Below, piece after piece: positions 29,609-38,097 of a stretch of 64,000 bases of DNA. Origin of the DNA: an uncultured Poribacteria bacterium. Its GTDB lineage: Bacteria; Poribacteria; WGA-4E; WGA-3G. Each line of letters starts with the position of its first letter. Position 1 is the stretch's first letter. The notes beneath the pieces were generated by a model, which saw only the letters and a list, made by a program, of their open reading frames with translations, was not told the origin of the DNA and did not search any database. The stretch covers positions 736,001 through 800,000 of the forward strand of contig CATQHZ020000001.1 of assembly GCA_958296135.2 (NCBI GenBank), written 5' to 3'. Made by a program: the position numbers and the translations under genes.

Positions 29609-29640
29609 GAGGTTCCTCCATTTTGGAATGGCTTGGGGGT

Positions 29641-29745
29641 ATTATAGCGGTTTTGAAAAAAACATGCAAGCAGAACCATTCAGTTCGCCGATAACATTTC
29701 ATCGGTGCTTTTCTTATTGACATCATCCGCGAAAAAAAGTAAAAT
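29641..29745. promoter_or_regulatory. Divergent sigma70-type promoters
   Basis: Minus strand TTGCAT-17-TATAAT toward the ADH gene; plus strand TTGACA-17-TAAAAT toward the lipoprotein gene. Confidence 0.6.
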
Positions 29746-29767
29746 AAAAACAGGAGGTTCATCAAAC

Positions 29768-30262
29768 ATGTTTCACCGCAAAATGATGAAGCCGATACTC
29801 TTCGGCATTTCTGTCCTCGCGCTGTTTTCGTGCGGCAGTGGGGAAATCCAAAATTTTGAAGGCATCCAAATTCACTCCGACCCCCGGGTCGACCGGATCG
29901 ACCTCAGAATTTATCTGGTGGATAGAAACGGAACGCCGCTGATCTGGAACCAGAGCATTCTCAGTCCGAGCGTCGGCCTCAGCACTATCTCGGAGGCGGA
30001 TTTTACCACGAACGCCAAGGTTTACTCCATACGCAATGGGCAAAAACATCGGAAGGTTTACGATGGCCGCCTCATCGATCTGCGCTGGTCCCAGGAATTG
30101 AACAGGCTGGATAGACTCATGACGGCGGAGATCCCGCGCGCGCTCATTGAAGAAGACCCCGAGCGCGACACGCCCTTAGGTATCATCACCGTGGAAATTG
30201 AGACTGAGAAACAAGGGCCTTTTTTCGATACGTTGGAGCGGACGGCTATCTATAAGTATTAA
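29768..30262 (+). CDS. Hypothetical lipoprotein
   Basis: AGGAGG RBS, lipobox LFSC. Confidence 0.75.
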   Translation: MFHRKMMKPILFGISVLALFSCGSGEIQNFEGIQIHSDPRVDRIDLRIYLVDRNGTPLIWNQSILSPSVGLSTISEADFTTNAKVYSIRNGQKHRKVYDGRLIDLRWSQELNRLDRLMTAEIPRALIEEDPERDTPLGIITVEIETEKQGPFFDTLERTAIYKY

Positions 30263-30340
30263 GGGAACGGACTCGCGACCGGGAGGTTGCGCCTATCAGC
30301 AGAGGAGGACTCGCGACCGGGCGGTCGCGCCTACCGAAAC

Positions 30341-31201
30341 ATGCCTATTCACACACAAGACTATCGACATTGGGAAGGCACACTGAAACCGCACAACGCC
30401 ATGCGCTGGTGGGTGATTACAAAGGCGGAACTGAAGCTGCTCGCGCAGCGGAAGTTCGTCCGGCTCATCGTCGCGATTCCGCCGACGATTTACGTTTTAG
30501 TGCACGCAGTGCTGATTTATCTCGGCAATCAGTTCCCGGAGGGACTGCCGTTTGAGATAGACAAGGCGTTTTTTCATCGCTTCTTTTTCAGTTTCCGCTT
30601 TGTGTTCCTATCGGGGTTCCTCGTGGCACTGGTGACGATTTTCGGGGGTTCAGGCCTCATCGCCACCGATTTGAAGAACAACGCGCTTTCGCTCTACCTC
30701 TCTAAACCGATTTCGTGGGTAGATTACCTCCTCGGGAAATTTGCGGTTGTCGGCATCCTGCTCGCCTGTATGCTGCTGATTCCCGGGCTGCTGCTATTTC
30801 TGGAACATGTGCTGTTAACCGACACCGACTTTTTCCAAAAAAACTATTGGCTGCCGTTCTCCATGGTCGCGTATTCAGCGATTATCATCACTTCGACGAG
30901 TCTGCTGATGCTGCTATTTTCATCGCTTACGTCGAACCCGCGCTACGCTACGATAGGCTTCTGTGCCGTTTGGTTTGGTTCAAGTGCTGTCTATGGCGTT
31001 CTCCAAGAGATTACGCGGAGCGGCAAAGTGGCACTGGTGTCGATGTGGGCAAACTACGATAGACTTGGCACCGCGCTGTTCGGGCTGCCTTATAACTATT
31101 CTGTGCATTGGTTTTGGGCGTTGCTGATATTGGGGGTGTTGGCGGCGTTGTGCCTCTTGGTGCTGCGTCACCGTATTCGTGCCGTTGAAATTGTGAAGTA
31201 A
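30341..31201 (+). CDS. ABC-2 type transporter permease
   Basis: GSGLIATDLKNNALSLYLSKPISWVDYLLGK; about 6 TM segments. Confidence 0.85.
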   Translation: MPIHTQDYRHWEGTLKPHNAMRWWVITKAELKLLAQRKFVRLIVAIPPTIYVLVHAVLIYLGNQFPEGLPFEIDKAFFHRFFFSFRFVFLSGFLVALVTIFGGSGLIATDLKNNALSLYLSKPISWVDYLLGKFAVVGILLACMLLIPGLLLFLEHVLLTDTDFFQKNYWLPFSMVAYSAIIITSTSLLMLLFSSLTSNPRYATIGFCAVWFGSSAVYGVLQEITRSGKVALVSMWANYDRLGTALFGLPYNYSVHWFWALLILGVLAALCLLVLRHRIRAVEIVK

Positions 31202-31401
31202 CGTCTCTTTAGGGCTGTAGGACCTGAATAAGGTTTCGTCTCATGAGGAGGTAACACTCCGTGAAATACCACCTTTCATTTCCAAAACATCATGCGAGTT
31301 TGCCCTACAGACGCGAGATGCATCAAATGAATTTGGTATAAGGCGAGAGCACGCACTACAAGCGCGGTTTGAAACCGCGCCTACCGGGGGCCGTGCGGTT
31401 A

Positions 31402-32166
31402 TCAGTCTGGCACCGGCGCATAGGTATTAAACCCCCCTGTCCTATCCTCGCCTTGCAATAGGTAGATTTGGTGCTTGGGCCGCCATTCGGCACCTGGATA
31501 CCGCACATCTGCCGGCATGTAGCGCATCGTGTAGCCGCACCGTCGTTGCTGCGATACGTTCGGGCTAGAGTTGTGAATTGTCCATGCGTCGTGAAAATGG
31601 CATTCGCCGATTTCCAATTCCAGATCGGCAGCGCGCGAGATGTCCAAGTCTTCGTCCACAACTTCGCTGCCGAAGAGGTTGTTTTGTCTGTTCACCGCTT
31701 CATAGCGGCGGTCGCGGAGCCGATGGCTGCCGGGGATGACACGCATGCACCCGTTTTCCACTGTGGAGGCATCTACTGCCAGCCACATGGTGATGACGTG
31801 CATAGGTTCGAGGGATTTGCCCCAGTAGACACCGTCTTGATGCCACGGCACCGCCATGCCGTCGCTCTCGCGCTTGCTAATGAAGTGGCTGGACCAGAGC
31901 ACGATATCCGGCCCGATGAACCGTTCTATTACTTTCAGCACGCGCGGGTGCGTGAGGTATTTGAACAAGAAGGGGTGCTCAAAATGCGGCACGTCCATCT
32001 GTTCTGGGCGTTTTCCTTCCGGCAAATTGGCGATCATCGCGTCTACGTAATTGCGAAGTTCGTCTAGTTCGGGTTCGGTAAAAATCCTACCAAATTTGAG
32101 GTAGCCGTTCTCTCGGTAAAATGCCACCTGCTCATCAGATACGGTGGTTTCTAGTTCCCAGTTCAT
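31402..32166 (-). CDS. Phytanoyl-CoA dioxygenase (PhyH) family protein
   Basis: FYRENGY, WHQD, ENGCMRVIPGSH, H...N...RR. Confidence 0.9.
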   Translation of the reverse strand: MNWELETTVSDEQVAFYRENGYLKFGRIFTEPELDELRNYVDAMIANLPEGKRPEQMDVPHFEHPFLFKYLTHPRVLKVIERFIGPDIVLWSSHFISKRESDGMAVPWHQDGVYWGKSLEPMHVITMWLAVDASTVENGCMRVIPGSHRLRDRRYEAVNRQNNLFGSEVVDEDLDISRAADLELEIGECHFHDAWTIHNSSPNVSQQRRCGYTMRYMPADVRYPGAEWRPKHQIYLLQGEDRTGGFNTYAPVPD

Positions 32167-32228
32167 TTATTTCTCCTCTCATCAGTATGTATAAAAATGC
32201 CAAGTTCTCGCCCTGTCTCGGTTGCGGG

Positions 32229-32360
32229 TTCGCGAGGGACACGCCCTTGCGCTAGGGGAAGGACGAACCTCGCGAGGGACAGGCCCTCGCGCTACGGGTT
32301 AAGGGGGGCTCAGTTCTCTGTCGCGGATTCGCGAGGGACAGGCCTTTGCGCAGCGGGTTA
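32229..32360. repeat. Cluster of three empty CGCGAGGGACAGGCCCTCGCGCTACGG-type REPs
   Basis: Near-consensus copy at 32270-32297 plus two degenerate copies. Confidence 0.8.
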
Positions 32361-32418
32361 AGGGGTGCTGAGGAAAACTATTCCTCCACTTGATTAAGTT
32401 TAACACATCAGCAGCATT

Positions 32419-32447
32419 TTGACAAATTGCGGCACTCGTGCTAAAAT
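32419..32447 (+). promoter_or_regulatory. Sigma70-type promoter of glycerate kinase (likely leaderless transcript)
   Basis: TTGACA-17 bp-TAAAAT, 7 nt before ATG 32455. Confidence 0.7.
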
Positions 32448-32454
32448 GCCAGTT

Positions 32455-33594
32455 ATGAAAATCGTAGTTGCACCTGATTCATTCAAAGGCAGCGTCACCG
32501 CACTGCAAGCCGCAAGTGCAATGGAGACAGGGCTCCGCCGCATCTTCCCTGATGCCGCCATTGAGAAAATTCCTATGGCAGATGGCGGCGAAGGCACTGT
32601 GCAATCCCTCGTCGATGCCACCGGTGGACACCTCCAGACGCGCCGGGTACTTGCGCCCCTCGGAAACGAGGTTGACGCGCAATTCGGCATCCTCGCCGAT
32701 GGGGATACCGCTGTCATTGAAATGGCGGCGGCATCTGGATTGACGCTTGTCCCACCGGATAAACGGAATCCTCTCCAGACAACAACTTACGGGACGGGAC
32801 AACTGATCTGCGCCGCGCTAGAAGCCGGATGCCGACGCTTGATTATCGGCATCGGCGGCAGTGCTACCAATGATTCGGGCGCGGGCATGGCGGCGGCACT
32901 CGGCGCGAAATTGCTGGATGCATCCGCAAACCCGATTCCGCGGGGCGGCGGTGGACTCGGCAAATTGGCGGCGATAGACATCACCGGTTTACATCCCGCC
33001 ATCGCCGATACAGAAACCGTCGTCGCTTGTGATGTCAACAACCCTTTGACGGGTCCAGAAGGTGCATCGCACGTTTATGGGCCGCAAAAAGGTGCGACTC
33101 TGGAAATGATTGAAACGCTAGACGCGCACCTCGCGCATTTTGACGCAGTTTTAGCGAGAACACTTGGCAAGTCGTTTGGTGCTATTCCCGGCGCAGGTGC
33201 CGCCGGCGGGTTAGGTGCTGGCCTCATGGCGTTCCTCAACGCCGAATTGCGCCTCGGTGTTGACATCATGATCGATGCTGTGAAATTCAAGGAACGCGTG
33301 AAAGGTGCCTCCCTCGTCTTTACCGGTGAAGGACAACTTGATTTTCAGACAGCGTTCGGCAAAACGCCTGTCGGTGTAGCCAAGGTGGCGAAGGCACACA
33401 ATATCCCTGTCATCGCTATTGCTGGGGGCATCGCCGAGGGTGCCGAGGCTGTGTATGACGCTGGCATCGATGCGATGTTGGGCATCGTCCAAGAACCGAT
33501 GTCACTTGAGCTCGCTGTCGCGGATGCGTCGCGATTAATTGCGGATACCGCTGAGCGTGCGGCACGCTTGATGGCGATCGGCCAGAAGTTTTAA
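32455..33594 (+). CDS. Glycerate kinase (GlxK/GarK family)
   Basis: MKIVVAPDSFKGS, PMADGGEGT, GIGGSATND, GAGAAGG, TGEG. Confidence 0.95.
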   Translation: MKIVVAPDSFKGSVTALQAASAMETGLRRIFPDAAIEKIPMADGGEGTVQSLVDATGGHLQTRRVLAPLGNEVDAQFGILADGDTAVIEMAAASGLTLVPPDKRNPLQTTTYGTGQLICAALEAGCRRLIIGIGGSATNDSGAGMAAALGAKLLDASANPIPRGGGGLGKLAAIDITGLHPAIADTETVVACDVNNPLTGPEGASHVYGPQKGATLEMIETLDAHLAHFDAVLARTLGKSFGAIPGAGAAGGLGAGLMAFLNAELRLGVDIMIDAVKFKERVKGASLVFTGEGQLDFQTAFGKTPVGVAKVAKAHNIPVIAIAGGIAEGAEAVYDAGIDAMLGIVQEPMSLELAVADASRLIADTAERAARLMAIGQKF

Positions 33595-33663
33595 TAGGAA
33601 CGTAGTTTCGGCGTGATGTCCCTCGCTCTACGGTAAGAGGGGGCTTATACCAAAAGAGCACGC

Positions 33664-35001
33664 CTACCGCAGCAACACCGGTGTATCTTTCAAAAAATCG
33701 TTCGTCTCGATTTGCCACATTTGCATATCGGCGGCAAGTGATTGGACGCGGTCTGCGTGTTCTGGCGATGCTGATAGATCGGTTGTTTCGCTCGGGTCGT
33801 TCGCCAGATCGAAGAGTTGGATGCAGTTCGTCCCCGCTCCTGTCTCTTTGGAAACATAGTAACGGATGAGTTTCCAACGTCCATCGCTGACGGTGCGCTG
33901 AATGTCGCGATAGGCGGCGAAAACAGTCTCGCGAACGCGTTCTACGCTGCCATTCATCAACGGCACTAAACTTCTCCCCTCAACCGTATCCGGACACGCC
34001 ACTTCAGTTAACTCACAAACGGTAGGAAATACGTCGTAGAGATAGGTTAATGCGTCGACCGTTTTGCCTTCGGGGATACCTGGGCCAGCGAAGATTGATG
34101 GCACGCGGATGCTGTGGCTATAGAGGTTCTGTTTGCCTAACAGTCCGTGTTGTCCGACGGCTAACCCGTGGTCAGCGGTGTAAATGATAAGCGTGTTTTC
34201 CAGTTGTCCGATGGCTTCCAGCGTTTTCAGCACGCGCCCGATTTCGGTATCCATGTGCGAGATCATGCCGTAATAGTCGGCGATGTGTTGCTGCACAATT
34301 TCTGGGGTGCGCGGGAACGGTGCCAACACTTCGTCTCGGATGCGCATTTCGCCGTTGTCAAACGGATGTTCTGGCATGAAGTTTTCAGGGACCGGCATCT
34401 CTTCGGGCGGGTACATCGCGTCGTATTCGGCGGGCGGCGTTCTCGGGTCATGCGGTGAAGTAAACGCAAGGTAGAGGAAGAACGGGTTAGCCGCGTCGTA
34501 TTCCTGCAAGAATTGCACCGCCGCGTCGGTGAACATCTCGGTAGAAAACTTTTCGCCGATGTATTTCGCCGCGTTCGGGTAGGCACCGCTTGCGTCATAA
34601 TCGTAGATGGGGACTTCAAAATGACTGCTCATCCCGCCGAAGAAAATCTTGGCACCGTCAGCGAAACTGTTAGTGAATGTCTGTTTGTCGTTATGCCATT
34701 TTCCCGTTGCGAAGGTGTGATACCCCGCTTCGCGCATCACCTGCGGCCACACGGCAAGTTCTCGATTAATTTCCTGCATTCCGCTGCGAAACAGATTTGC
34801 GCTGGTTAGCACAGCGGCTCGGCTCGGCACACAGACTGCACCGACAAGTGAGCCCATGATGTGCGTTTGTCGGAATGTCGTCCCGCGCGCCATGAGTGAA
34901 TTGAGGATAGGCGTTTGCACCGTTGCATCGCCCATCGTGCCGATGGCATCGAACCGATGGTCATCGGCTATCATGAAAAGAATGTTGGGTTGTGTAGGCA
35001 T
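33664..35001 (-). CDS. Sulfatase (choline-sulfatase-like)
   Basis: PNILFMIADD, CVPSRA (formylglycine motif), GKWH, PHDP, DHG...GKQNLY. Confidence 0.92.
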   Translation of the reverse strand: MPTQPNILFMIADDHRFDAIGTMGDATVQTPILNSLMARGTTFRQTHIMGSLVGAVCVPSRAAVLTSANLFRSGMQEINRELAVWPQVMREAGYHTFATGKWHNDKQTFTNSFADGAKIFFGGMSSHFEVPIYDYDASGAYPNAAKYIGEKFSTEMFTDAAVQFLQEYDAANPFFLYLAFTSPHDPRTPPAEYDAMYPPEEMPVPENFMPEHPFDNGEMRIRDEVLAPFPRTPEIVQQHIADYYGMISHMDTEIGRVLKTLEAIGQLENTLIIYTADHGLAVGQHGLLGKQNLYSHSIRVPSIFAGPGIPEGKTVDALTYLYDVFPTVCELTEVACPDTVEGRSLVPLMNGSVERVRETVFAAYRDIQRTVSDGRWKLIRYYVSKETGAGTNCIQLFDLANDPSETTDLSASPEHADRVQSLAADMQMWQIETNDFLKDTPVLLR

Positions 35002-35280
35002 GTTTTTATCCTATAGATATTAGTTTTATCGGAATTGGTTCCAGAGGCATTCAGTTTCGTTTTTTGATATCATCCGTGAAAATCCACAACAGCCCCGTTC
35101 TATAGGGCAGGATCGCCTGATTCTGACATGGTTGAGACCGGGCGATCGCAAACTACAGAAGAGGGAGAACTGAATAACTCTGAGTATAGCATAGTTTGCG
35201 GAAAAATGGAAATTTTTCTTGATTCTTAAACTATTTTGCGATATGATTCGTTACCGATGTTTACTAGGAGGAATGAAACG

Positions 35281-36597
35281 ATGCTGACGCATATCAGTAT
35301 GAAAAACTTCAAATCGTGGGCAGACAGCGGACAGGTGAAACTCGCGCCGCTGACCGGCTTTTTCGGCGCGAACAGTTCCGGCAAAAGTAGCCTTCTCCAA
35401 ATGCTGCTGCTCCTCAAGCAGACAATCCGGAGCGAAGAGGTGTTATTCTTCGGCGACGAAAATTCACTCGTCAACCTCGGCAGCTTTGACGAAGTGATTC
35501 ATTGCCATAACCGAGTAGCACAGCTTGAGTTGGAATTTGGCTGTGAGCTCCGAGAACCGCGTCCGATTGTCATCTCTTTGGAAGAGGGACTATTGGACGA
35601 AACAATGATAGATGGTTTCACTTTCAACACGGTGCTCAGCGCGAGATATGGCGAACCGCTTGTTCAACGTTTTCAATACGTTGCACCGGGTGATGTCCCG
35701 CACATGATATGGAACGCTTCTGGTTACAGAGAAGGAGATCTAATTCTCAATGGACATAACTTGGGATATGCCGCGGTCGAAACCTGCTACGGAATACCAT
35801 CGTGGAGCGACAGGCCCGAGACAACATGGGATCGAACATTTTTAAGGGAATTTTCATCTCTCTTTGAGGCGTTCTTTTCCGATCTCTATTATCTCGCCTC
35901 AACTCGGGCTGAGCCGCGGCGGCAAGATCGGTGGGAAGGGGAGCATCCCATAGACGTGGGGCAACGGGGACATGATGTCATTAGCGCGCTCCTTTCCGCG
36001 CGCGTTAAACATCTGGGACAGAATGAGAAACACATATCTGCGTGGCTCCAGAAAATGAAATTAGCGCATTCCTTTTCGCTTGATAATCACGGCGACGATG
36101 GAAAGGACTACGAAATTCGCATCCGAAAAAATGCTGAAAGCCCCGCAGTGACGCTGGTTGACATGGGATATGGGTTGTCGCAGTTTTTACCGGTGCTAGT
36201 GCTTTGCTATTACGTGCCGAAGGGTTCGATGTTGATTTTGGAACAGCCCGGTATCCATCTGCATCCGATGGTGCAGTCTCAACTCGCCGACCTGCTGATA
36301 GAGGTTGTCACCGAACGCGGCCTGCAGGTTATCGTGGAGAGCCACAGCGAGCATCTGTTGGTGCGCCTGCAACGCCGCATCGCCGAAGGAAAGGTTTGCC
36401 GCGACAAAGTCGGGCTCTATTTTTGCCGCAACGATGAGGCAGAGGGAGTTTCTAGTTTGGAACCGTTAGAGGTAGACAGGGTGGGTAACATCCGCAACTG
36501 GCCGGAGAACTTTTTCGGAGATGTGATGGGCGACATGTTTGCCATAACTGACGCACAAGCGGCACAACTGAAACGTCAGGAAGAAGGGGGGAATTGA
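35281..36597 (+). CDS. ABC-type (AAA_15/AAA_21) ATPase with C-terminal DUF3696-like region
   Basis: KNFKS, GANSSGKS, DMGYGLSQ, ILEQPGIHLHP, ESHSEH, WPENFFG; AGGAGG RBS. Confidence 0.85.
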   Translation: MLTHISMKNFKSWADSGQVKLAPLTGFFGANSSGKSSLLQMLLLLKQTIRSEEVLFFGDENSLVNLGSFDEVIHCHNRVAQLELEFGCELREPRPIVISLEEGLLDETMIDGFTFNTVLSARYGEPLVQRFQYVAPGDVPHMIWNASGYREGDLILNGHNLGYAAVETCYGIPSWSDRPETTWDRTFLREFSSLFEAFFSDLYYLASTRAEPRRQDRWEGEHPIDVGQRGHDVISALLSARVKHLGQNEKHISAWLQKMKLAHSFSLDNHGDDGKDYEIRIRKNAESPAVTLVDMGYGLSQFLPVLVLCYYVPKGSMLILEQPGIHLHPMVQSQLADLLIEVVTERGLQVIVESHSEHLLVRLQRRIAEGKVCRDKVGLYFCRNDEAEGVSSLEPLEVDRVGNIRNWPENFFGDVMGDMFAITDAQAAQLKRQEEGGN

Positions 36598-37157
36598 TGG
36601 CGGCAGTTATCATTGATACGAACGTTATCGTCGTTGCAAACACGGAGATTCGGGAGGATGAAAACGGCAAACTTGTCGCAGTAGGCATGGCAGATCATGC
36701 TACGCCGGATTGCATCATTACTTGCAAAAATCGGCTGGATCAGATTCGCGGCGGCTCCACAAAGGTAGTCCTTGACGATAAGGAGCGGCTTACCCGAGAA
36801 TACCGGCGGTACGTAAGAGACCTGCGGCGCAGCCGTTCGCAGCAAAATCGCGCCGGAGATCTGTTTTGGGCCTGGTTAATGCGGATTCAGTGGCTTCCGG
36901 AAAAGTGCAAGATGGTGCATATCACGCCACTGCAGGGAAACGGCACCGAATTTGAAGAGTTCCCTGACGATGCCGAGTTGAGCGAATTTGACCCGGCCGA
37001 TAGGAAATTCATCGCGGTGGCAATTGCTTATACGCGCGACACTCAGCAGACAGCCCCTATCTTGCAAGCGGTGGATACAAAATGGGAAGGCTTCATTGAG
37101 GCACTGCAGCGACGCGGCGTGAAAGTTGAGCAGATCTGTAAACCTGATCTGGCATAG
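36597..37157 (+). CDS. PIN-like domain protein
   Basis: N-terminal IIDTNV, DPADRKFIAVA, D-x-KW; start overlaps the ATPase stop (TGATG). Confidence 0.7.
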   Translation: MAAVIIDTNVIVVANTEIREDENGKLVAVGMADHATPDCIITCKNRLDQIRGGSTKVVLDDKERLTREYRRYVRDLRRSRSQQNRAGDLFWAWLMRIQWLPEKCKMVHITPLQGNGTEFEEFPDDAELSEFDPADRKFIAVAIAYTRDTQQTAPILQAVDTKWEGFIEALQRRGVKVEQICKPDLA

Positions 37158-37164
37158 TTCTCAT

Positions 37165-37938
37165 CTACCTCCGATCAACAGCCTCAAAGAAATCACCATT
37201 TGACGCGCTGAAGCCGAGTTGTTGTTCTACCTCCCGAATGGCAATTTCTGTGGTGAACAGCGTATCAAACGTGTCAGGAAATTCCACTCCCGTTGTGGCA
37301 TCTCGGAGCAGGACAATGTTGTAGCCGTAGCGCGCCATTGAGCGGATACCGTAGTCTCTGCCTAAAACACACCAGTTCGTCGCGAAACCGGCGTAGAGCA
37401 GATGCAAAATTTGCCGTTCCTCCAACAATTCATGCAATTGTGTCCCGGTGGCGATGACAAAATCGTCGGCTTGAACGTCAATTGCCGGAGAGACAGCGAG
37501 TTCTGATTCAAGTTTGTCCCAATGCACACCGATACCCGGCGGTTGACTGCGCGGGCCGCGGTAAACGGCATAGTCGCCTTCGCGAGCGCGGAACGCCGTG
37601 GGCGGCCACGTCGATGGCACAGACGGTTCAGGCGGTTTATGTCGTTGGAGTTGCGGATACTGCGCCGCCACCGGTGGAGAGGGAGCATGAACGATTGTCA
37701 CACCGGCTCTCCGGGCGGCATCTATCACTGGAACGACACAGTCAACCGTTATCTGTTTTGCCCGTTCGATCCAACTTTCAATGAAATGCACGTTCCACAG
37801 GTCAACAAGCACGAGTGCTGTTTGTGCAACAGGCATCGGCATCTCAAATTCGCGACGGATGAAGTGCGTCTCACGGCACGGGACATCAGCCGGGGTGCTA
37901 TCTTGGAAGTAGCGGACGCGTAAATTGAGTTCTCTCAT
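37165..37938 (-). CDS. Isochorismatase/cysteine hydrolase family protein
   Basis: TALVLVDLW, GFATNWCV, LLRDAT. Start uncertain (may extend to 37977 or 38007). Confidence 0.8.
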   Translation of the reverse strand: MRELNLRVRYFQDSTPADVPCRETHFIRREFEMPMPVAQTALVLVDLWNVHFIESWIERAKQITVDCVVPVIDAARRAGVTIVHAPSPPVAAQYPQLQRHKPPEPSVPSTWPPTAFRAREGDYAVYRGPRSQPPGIGVHWDKLESELAVSPAIDVQADDFVIATGTQLHELLEERQILHLLYAGFATNWCVLGRDYGIRSMARYGYNIVLLRDATTGVEFPDTFDTLFTTEIAIREVEQQLGFSASNGDFFEAVDRR

Positions 37939-38097
37939 GTTTTGATTTCCGATTGGCTGAGTTTGGGCGGGTATCATAGGTATTCCGTTATCCGTTTTTG
38001 ATTTCATCCGTGAAAATGAACAACGGAGCCGCTACAGTATCTTGTGTCCGGTAAGCGCGCTTTGAAAGCGCGCCTACGGGGTTCGGCCGTGGCCGTC

